The notes below the pieces were generated by a model. It did no database searches. It saw nothing but the letters and a program-made list of their open reading frames with translations, and was not told the origin of the DNA. Shown one piece after another: positions 49,973 to 56,127 of a stretch of DNA of 56,127 nt (positions within the stretch are counted from its first letter, which is position 1; each line of letters opens with the position of its first letter). The position numbers and the translations under genes are program-made. Origin of the DNA: a virus (Duplodnaviria > Caudoviricetes). The stretch spans positions 1 through 56,127 of the IMG/VR virus record IMGVR_UViG_3300017956_005956. One strand, given 5' to 3'.

Positions 49973-51975
49973 TTTCCTTTCCTAAATGTATCATCCTGAG
50001 CCCCTCCTTTAAAAATTAAAGGCGTTTTAATTTCTTCTTGTTCATACTTAATTGCAAAATCACATGAGTCATTAATAGATATTGTACTATCTGTTTTATC
50101 AGGATAAAAAGTTTCCGGTTTCAAGTTTTCATGGCTAAAATACGGTTCATGAGTTGGTATTCTAATAGGTATGAAAGCATGACGGGCACATTCTGGCAAT
50201 TTTGCATCAATTGCTGGTTGTGCATTATCTGCTGTAATACCATTAGATCCTTTAGCTGAACCACTACCAAAATATTGAATTTTGCTCATATTGTTTACAG
50301 GCGCATTATATTCATTACTTGCGCCTGCTGTTACATAATTTATATTACCAGATTTTATATGATTAGCATTCATAGCTGTGACATAATTAACTTTACTTTT
50401 TATAACCGCAGTAGTATCTGCATATAAACGTAAATTTAATCCAGCTCTTATATGCATATTTTTTCCTGTCAATTGCCTAAAATCTTCTAGTGACTTTTGA
50501 TCAAAAGTTGTATCTGCTAAATGTAACGTAGCCTTGTTAGAATGCTGATGGATATTTTCTTTTGCAAGCAAAAAGAAATCTCTATCAAATGTTGCATGTC
50601 CGTCTTGAGATACTTCTAATTTAAAATCTCCTAATTTAGGATGGGTACCTACCTTCCAATAAACATCTCTACTTACATCAATATACAAATTATCTCCCGG
50701 TTGTTCAACTGTAGGTAAATCTTCAAAGCTATTCCATTTCCATGTTCCGTCTTCGTTTTTAATACCTAATTCTGGACGTAACGCAGGATCTTTCTTAACT
50801 TCTGCTGTACCAACTTTCCAATGAGTTGCGTTACCAGATTCTAAACGCATTTGTTCTCTGGCTTTAATATTAACATTACCAGAAGCTTCTAAATTTATAT
50901 CACGATTTGCTTTTAAGTTAAAATCAGTTTCAGAATGTATGCTTACACTATCATCAGAATATATATCAATTTTACCATTACTTGTTAATTCTATCCATGT
51001 ATTACCCTGTGAATTAATTATGTAAATTAAATCCTCTGTGTTGTGCATAACAATTTGATGACCAGTTCGAGTGCGCCATCTCGTAAGTTCATTATGTGGT
51101 AAAGCAACATCTCCGTCTGTTTCTCTTTTTTCTACGTAAGCATATTCAGGCGGATCAGTGTTTGCTGGTTTTTTCCTGAGAATTTTTTCATCTCCGTCAT
51201 CCATTACAAAACTAGTTCCGCCTAGCCTGCTAAAAGGAATATTTGTTTCACCAAATTTTTCCCCATATCTTACTTTTGGCTTACCAGGACGTCTATCAAA
51301 ATGTCCAGGACTGCTTAGTCCTAACACCATACTCGGAACTTCGCGTCTGGCGCTTGACGTTGTTGTTCCTCTTGTTTGATCCACAATATTATCTTGATAT
51401 TTTAACAAACCTTGTTTTTCTAAAATTTCTACTCTATCAGTATCTACAAATTTATAATATTGAGTAGGATCGTTTCCTTTTCCTGTTTCTAAAGCCTTAT
51501 TATATTCTCCTACAGGAACTATTTTATTACTAAACTTACCACTTGGATCTTCACTATATGATGTAGATGCATTTCCAGGCATCATGAAATTCATATATTT
51601 GTCTTGTAAACATCCTATCCAAAACCCATATCCAAAATTATTTTCTGCCATTAAAACTAAAACTTTAACATCAATATCAGGAGGAACTGCCCAAAATCCA
51701 TAACTTTTCTGAGTTGCATCAAATCCATAACGTTGGTTAACTCCTTTCCTTGGTGTATTTCCTGCAAAAGGCGAAACATATGTACAAGGAATGTAATAAC
51801 CACTACTTTCTCCTGGACTTCCTGCTTCAGTTGTTTTTAAAATTTCTACTTCAATAGATCCCATAAATTCAGTATCTAAATGATTACTCACTCTGCCAAT
51901 ATAAGGTCCTACACCTGTCATCCATGTAGGTTTTGACCCTCTACTGTATTGAGTCCTTGATTCTTGAGTTGGCAT
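49969..51975 (-). CDS. Baseplate central spike/hub protein, gp5/VgrG-like
   Basis: N-terminal OB-fold-like region (YGFWAVPPDIDVKVLV...WIGC), RTRTGHQIVM, and beta-helix-like repeats (IDIYSDDSVSIHSETDFNLKANRDINLEA); lies immediately upstream of gp25. Confidence 0.75.
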   Translation of the reverse strand: MPTQESRTQYSRGSKPTWMTGVGPYIGRVSNHLDTEFMGSIEVEILKTTEAGSPGESSGYYIPCTYVSPFAGNTPRKGVNQRYGFDATQKSYGFWAVPPDIDVKVLVLMAENNFGYGFWIGCLQDKYMNFMMPGNASTSYSEDPSGKFSNKIVPVGEYNKALETGKGNDPTQYYKFVDTDRVEILEKQGLLKYQDNIVDQTRGTTTSSARREVPSMVLGLSSPGHFDRRPGKPKVRYGEKFGETNIPFSRLGGTSFVMDDGDEKILRKKPANTDPPEYAYVEKRETDGDVALPHNELTRWRTRTGHQIVMHNTEDLIYIINSQGNTWIELTSNGKIDIYSDDSVSIHSETDFNLKANRDINLEASGNVNIKAREQMRLESGNATHWKVGTAEVKKDPALRPELGIKNEDGTWKWNSFEDLPTVEQPGDNLYIDVSRDVYWKVGTHPKLGDFKLEVSQDGHATFDRDFFLLAKENIHQHSNKATLHLADTTFDQKSLEDFRQLTGKNMHIRAGLNLRLYADTTAVIKSKVNYVTAMNANHIKSGNINYVTAGASNEYNAPVNNMSKIQYFGSGSAKGSNGITADNAQPAIDAKLPECARHAFIPIRIPTHEPYFSHENLKPETFYPDKTDSTISINDSCDFAIKYEQEEIKTPLIFKGGAQDDTFRKGK

Positions 51976-54257
51976 TATATACCTCCTCCGGCATTACCTG
52001 CTGCAGTATTCAGCACATCGGCACTTATTCTTGCAACTCCTTTTTCTGGATCTGCTTTTTGTTTTGTATCAAGACCTTCTTGATTTCTAATTCTGATCAT
52101 CTTTAAAGTTTGCTTAAACACTCCTTCTGCAAAATTATTACGAACCGATATAACTTGATATATACCGCTATATGCAGTTGTATCATTTAATCCTACATTA
52201 TTAAAATCCATAAACCCATTATCTGCATTTGTATCAAACGGTGTTCTAAAATTTACTAAAACGTGTACTTCGCTGTCTTGATAATTCATAGTACCGTCCT
52301 CATTTAAATTGATAAATTCTTGACTAGGAATTGCATGATAATTACCATATCCACTATCTGCGATATAGTAAGGATCTCCCCAAATTGTCATTGTTGTGTT
52401 TACTAAATCAACCGGACTGTTCAAAAGTGCATCGTTAAAATCTCTTGCAACTCCTGTTGATATTTTATCAGGTTGTCCGCCACCTACAGATCCAGTCTGA
52501 GGTTTTGAATTTTCTTCTCCTGTTTTTGATCCACTACTTGAATCTGTTGCTGAATTACCCGGAGTAGGCGGCCTGTATTTTTGATTGCTTGCTCCAGCCC
52601 TTGCATCTTGCTCATAAGATTTAACACTTCCTTTATCTGCTCCTCCAAATGGTTGCGCTGCTAAATAGAATGCCTTATTAAAATTTATATCAAACTCTAA
52701 TACATTGTCATTGACACCAGTATAAATGTAATTGTATTCTTTAGCACACTGTTTTCTTAATTGCGCCGAAACCGCCGGTTCAGACGACGATTGATATCTA
52801 CTTATATGTGTTTTATATTCAACTACTCTGTACACATATAATCTAGGAGGTTTACCAGTGGCAACTTCTTGCGCATCATCTTTTAAATTGTACACTTCAA
52901 GATCTACTCTAAACCACGGAATCATGCCATTGATATCAGGATAAGCAGATGAGACATTCCTTCCATATGTGCTTTGAATTATAACTTCCTCTATTATTTC
53001 TTGAATTGTAGTTCCATTCTTGAAAGTAAAAACACTTATATTATCACTTACTTGTATTTTTTTTCTATCAAACACACCATCTTTATCATCTAACTCTGAA
53101 AATCGAGGTCTAGCAAAAGGTTTTTTATTTCCGTCTAAAAAACTATCAACAAGCAAAGATTTTCCAATAGCATTATCATTTTTTTTATCTTCTGCAAAAT
53201 TCCTTGCTATTTCGCCTAAATTACTTCTTTTTACCATTATTCCTAGTAAACTTTTTTCTGGATTTGTTAAATCATCTGTAAATTCACTTAATCCTGCAGT
53301 ATCTTTATCATAAATTCCTGATTGATACAATTCTGTTACATCTACTGCGCCTGTTCCTCTCCAACTTAAAGCAGAACTTTGAGTTCCAGAGTTATCAATT
53401 ACTTCGCCATTAGTAAATGTAGAATCTACCGAGGTTTTTGGAAAAGCAATAATATATTCGTTTGCTGTTGTACATTCTCCTTTTTTTCTACGAAGTTGTT
53501 CCCGACTATTTAAAATATTGTGTAAACTATACGCTCCAGTTTGCAATATTTCTTTAACATTTCTGCCATAAATTTTAATATCTGCTTTTAATGCTTGTAC
53601 TTCTTCAGTTTGTCCTTGTTCAGTCCATGGCAATGCACTCACATTGTAAATAGATCCTCCTTCTGTCACATTAAAATTTATATCTACAAGTTTTAACGGA
53701 AACATTCTACGTAAATGCTTTTTTTCTAAATACACACCGTCATTATCCCAACCTTTGAACTCAACTGTTAATAAAAAAGGTGCTTCTAAATAATTAGATT
53801 TTTCACCCCTAGCTTTTTTTGCAGCAACTCTAAGTTCTTGTAAAAATAAACCCATACTATAAGGTTCTGTAACAGTAAATCGGATTGAAGTTGCGTTAGA
53901 TTGTTTAGTTTTCCTATTATGAGTTATTAAACTATTAATTTCTACATCATCTATAAAATATTCTACTGCACCTAATGCTGTCTCTGCTGGAATATCAACC
54001 CCATCAGCTCCTCCTCCAGAACGTATCAATACAATTTGTGGATCATTTTTTTTATACGTTGATTTAGGATTAGCAGTTTCTTCATCAGTTAATGCACTTA
54101 ATGTAAAAATATAATTATAACTCGAAAAATCTTCTAATTCATTTGCAAATGGTAACAACGACGCACCATCTTCATTATCATTGCTAATATCAGTAGTTGC
54201 ACTATTGCCGCTAGAAGATTGATTGTTATTAATAACTTGAATATCACTATCTGCCAT
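51975..54257 (-). CDS. Putative baseplate hub / tail protein
   Basis: Lies between the LysM/gp53-like and gp5-like genes; C-terminal TIWGDPY...YSGIYQVISVRNNFAEGVFKQTL resembles the end of gp27/gpD-type hub proteins. Confidence 0.6.
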   Translation of the reverse strand: MADSDIQVINNNQSSSGNSATTDISNDNEDGASLLPFANELEDFSSYNYIFTLSALTDEETANPKSTYKKNDPQIVLIRSGGGADGVDIPAETALGAVEYFIDDVEINSLITHNRKTKQSNATSIRFTVTEPYSMGLFLQELRVAAKKARGEKSNYLEAPFLLTVEFKGWDNDGVYLEKKHLRRMFPLKLVDINFNVTEGGSIYNVSALPWTEQGQTEEVQALKADIKIYGRNVKEILQTGAYSLHNILNSREQLRRKKGECTTANEYIIAFPKTSVDSTFTNGEVIDNSGTQSSALSWRGTGAVDVTELYQSGIYDKDTAGLSEFTDDLTNPEKSLLGIMVKRSNLGEIARNFAEDKKNDNAIGKSLLVDSFLDGNKKPFARPRFSELDDKDGVFDRKKIQVSDNISVFTFKNGTTIQEIIEEVIIQSTYGRNVSSAYPDINGMIPWFRVDLEVYNLKDDAQEVATGKPPRLYVYRVVEYKTHISRYQSSSEPAVSAQLRKQCAKEYNYIYTGVNDNVLEFDINFNKAFYLAAQPFGGADKGSVKSYEQDARAGASNQKYRPPTPGNSATDSSSGSKTGEENSKPQTGSVGGGQPDKISTGVARDFNDALLNSPVDLVNTTMTIWGDPYYIADSGYGNYHAIPSQEFINLNEDGTMNYQDSEVHVLVNFRTPFDTNADNGFMDFNNVGLNDTTAYSGIYQVISVRNNFAEGVFKQTLKMIRIRNQEGLDTKQKADPEKGVARISADVLNTAAGNAGGGI

Positions 54258-54260
54258 ATG

Positions 54261-54560
54261 CTATCCTAAATATTTTGCTAAATTTGAAGATTTAGGCAAA
54301 ATTATTTCTACACCAGCTTCAATATCGTATACAGGATCTTGTATTATATCCATATTGCGCTGAGCAAAAACCCACCATAGCCCTTGATCTCCATACAGAT
54401 CATAAGCTAACAAATCTGGACGATGAGTATACTGGGGTTGAATAGTATATCTTACATCATTAGGTTCTGCCGGAATTGATCTAATATTTAAGATATCTAG
54501 ATAGGAATTATTTATAATTTCTGTTTTCTCCCAAGGACTATTATTTCTATATTTTGCCAT
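54261..54560 (-). CDS. Baseplate wedge protein, gp53/LysM-like
   Basis: YTHRPDLLAYDLYGDQGLWWVFAQRN...I-x-LP motif. Confidence 0.8.
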   Translation of the reverse strand: MAKYRNNSPWEKTEIINNSYLDILNIRSIPAEPNDVRYTIQPQYTHRPDLLAYDLYGDQGLWWVFAQRNMDIIQDPVYDIEAGVEIILPKSSNLAKYLG

Positions 54561-55465
54561 TATATAAATCCATAAGTACTGCGTGTTAAACTTCCGCTTA
54601 TAAAACTTTTTAGACTAAATCTTTTTATATTTCTCCTACTGTAAGAAGGAATTAAAGTAACAGACAGTGTGCTTTTTGTTGGAACATGAGTTCCTACTTT
54701 TCCAACTCTTTTTACAAAAATATAATCAACATCTGTTGGTAATTCAACTGTAAAATTACTTACAACAACCGGAACATCATGAAAAACATATTCTCCATAA
54801 CCATTTAATTTAATAACAGGAGGCGGTGCACCTACATTAGGTGTATAACCATATGCCATTTTTGTTACACTTCGTAAATAATGTACCATAGCTATCCAAT
54901 ATTTTCCATCATCCATAGTTTCTACAGAAAAATCTCCTGTAATAGTGATATTATCTACCTGCGAATTTTGATATGCATAAAAAGGATAATTACTATGTAC
55001 GGGTTTAATTGGAGTGTAAGATGCAGAATTAGATAATATAATAGACGGAGTATACGGAAAAACTAAATGATTATCAGTTAATGTAAATGGTCTCATAATC
55101 ATTGATTCGCCAAATCCAGGAGCAATACTAAGCCTTACTCTCCAATCTGATTTTTGACTATCGGTTGCACCCCATGTTGCAGAATCTTCTCCACCGTCAT
55201 CTTGCGGTTCACCTCCAATTGGAAGTCCTGCAGATCGTAAAAATTTTCCAAATGACGATTCGGAAACCGAATCAATAATACCATTTCCTATATTGGTTGC
55301 TGTGTCTGATACTGAATCATACGCAGATCCAAGTAATTCAGTTCCGGAATCAAAAGCACTTGATATTGCATCACCTGCTGCATCTGCATATGGATCTAAA
55401 TCAATTTCATAAGGATTTGACGAACTACCATTAGTAGGAACATTTTCTGCATCTAATACGCCCAT
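54560..55465 (-). CDS. Putative baseplate/tail tube initiator-like protein
   Basis: First gene of the structural block: FPYTP...GAPPPVIKLNGYG...VPVVVSNF. ATG 55465 follows an AAGGAG RBS (ORF track start 55510). Confidence 0.6.
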   Translation of the reverse strand: MGVLDAENVPTNGSSSNPYEIDLDPYADAAGDAISSAFDSGTELLGSAYDSVSDTATNIGNGIIDSVSESSFGKFLRSAGLPIGGEPQDDGGEDSATWGATDSQKSDWRVRLSIAPGFGESMIMRPFTLTDNHLVFPYTPSIILSNSASYTPIKPVHSNYPFYAYQNSQVDNITITGDFSVETMDDGKYWIAMVHYLRSVTKMAYGYTPNVGAPPPVIKLNGYGEYVFHDVPVVVSNFTVELPTDVDYIFVKRVGKVGTHVPTKSTLSVTLIPSYSRRNIKRFSLKSFISGSLTRSTYGFI

Positions 55466-55484
55466 AATTACTAACTCCTTTAAA

Positions 55485-55492
55485 GTATTTAT
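55485..55492 (-). promoter_or_regulatory. Putative late promoter box (ATAAATAC) for the structural operon
   Basis: CAATAAATACTTTAAAGGAGTTAGTAATT-ATG. Confidence 0.6.
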
Positions 55493-55520
55493 TGACTTTA
55501 TAAACTGCATATATTATAAT
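55492..55520 (+). promoter_or_regulatory. Sigma70-type promoter
   Basis: TTGACT (55492-55497), 17-nt spacer, TATAAT (55515-55520), followed by a GGAG RBS and ATG 55543. Confidence 0.75.
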
Positions 55521-55542
55521 AAAATTTAAATTTGGAGATATA

Positions 55543-56127
55543 ATGAGAAAAACAAATTATCTTAATAACAAAGATATATTACTTGAAATTCACAAAAGCA
55601 AAAATTCTTTTTGCACATATTTAGATTCCGCATATAATCAATTTGACATTATTGTTACTGACAAAAATCAAATTACAAACAATCTTATTCAAACAGCAAA
55701 AACAAATCGTTCTAAAAGATTAGGAAATGTAGATCTAGAATCAATACCTAAAACTGATCTTATTTTTAGAATTATGACATTTGATCATATACCCGACCAA
55801 CCTGGTAGGAAAAAAAATCCAAAAACTGTTGCCGATCGTAAAATCAAATTAAATTTTCCTCCTTTTCAACATTGGAAATTTAACGAAAATAATGAATTAA
55901 TTTGTATTGGAAAAAGTCATTGGACAGGAGATCTAGAGCATGGTCAATTTTCTATGTCACATGGTATTGCTACAGATAAACTTGCATTAATGTGGATGAA
56001 ATTATGCGAAAGATATGCTACACGTGGTAATGTAAGAGGATATACTTACAATGATGAAATGAGAGGGCAAGCAATATTACAACTTGCACAGATTGGTTTA
56101 CAATTTGACGAATCAAAAAGTCAAAAT
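55543..56127 (+). CDS. Late-transcription sigma factor, T4 gp55-like (runs off the window end)
   Basis: Not in the ORF track because there is no stop in the window. Translates MRKTNYLNNKDILLEIHKSK...LALMWMKLCERYATRGNVRGYTYNDEMRGQAILQLAQIGLQFDESKSQN; the NYxNNK, YTYxDEM and FDxxKSxN motifs match my recollection of gp55-family proteins. Confidence 0.7.
   Translation, partial: MRKTNYLNNKDILLEIHKSKNSFCTYLDSAYNQFDIIVTDKNQITNNLIQTAKTNRSKRLGNVDLESIPKTDLIFRIMTFDHIPDQPGRKKNPKTVADRKIKLNFPPFQHWKFNENNELICIGKSHWTGDLEHGQFSMSHGIATDKLALMWMKLCERYATRGNVRGYTYNDEMRGQAILQLAQIGLQFDESKSQN

Noticed and set aside
928-53313. Many short plus-strand ORFs (60-120 aa) in the ORF track
   Set aside because: All lie antisense within long, motif-bearing minus-strand genes and show no recognisable motifs; treated as shadow ORFs.
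46050-55465. Bacterial contractile injection system (eCIS/T6SS) rather than a phage
   Set aside because: The gp55-like sigma gene, T4-type late boxes, dense overlapping layout and lack of host housekeeping or T6SS membrane genes favour a T4-like phage.
1-56127. tRNA, rRNA, CRISPR arrays, introns/inteins, intrinsic terminators
   Set aside because: Intergenic gaps are under ~80 bp and I saw no cloverleaf, repeat-spacer array, homing endonuclease/intein motif or convincing GC hairpin with a U-tract. Dedicated scans were not run.

Overview
AT-rich fragment of a large T4-like (myovirus, Caudoviricetes) phage genome. Nearly all genes from ~55,465 down to 209 lie on the minus strand, tightly packed with ATGA/TAATG overlaps. 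In transcription order the block reads: baseplate/hub genes (gp53-like LysM protein, putative hub, gp5-like spike, gp25, gp6-like wedge), a giant 5,525-aa virion protein, three paralogous tail-fibre-like genes (one broken by two in-frame stops), and then, with no break, a ~21.5-kb enzyme cassette. The cassette holds 8 radical SAM enzymes (one split in two), glycosyltransferase-like proteins (one a GT-GT-methyltransferase fusion), 2OG-Fe(II)/Asp-Asn-hydroxylase-like enzymes, a QueC-like PP-loop ATPase and three paralogous ~500-aa unknown proteins. A gp55-like late sigma factor gene starts divergently at 55,543 behind a near-consensus sigma70 promoter, and ATAAATA late-promoter-like boxes precede several minus-strand genes, one inside the enzyme cassette. 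The most interesting feature is this apparently late-expressed glycosylation/radical-SAM cassette coupled to the tail genes, which I infer may modify the virion. All protein calls come from motifs read by eye; no database search was run.
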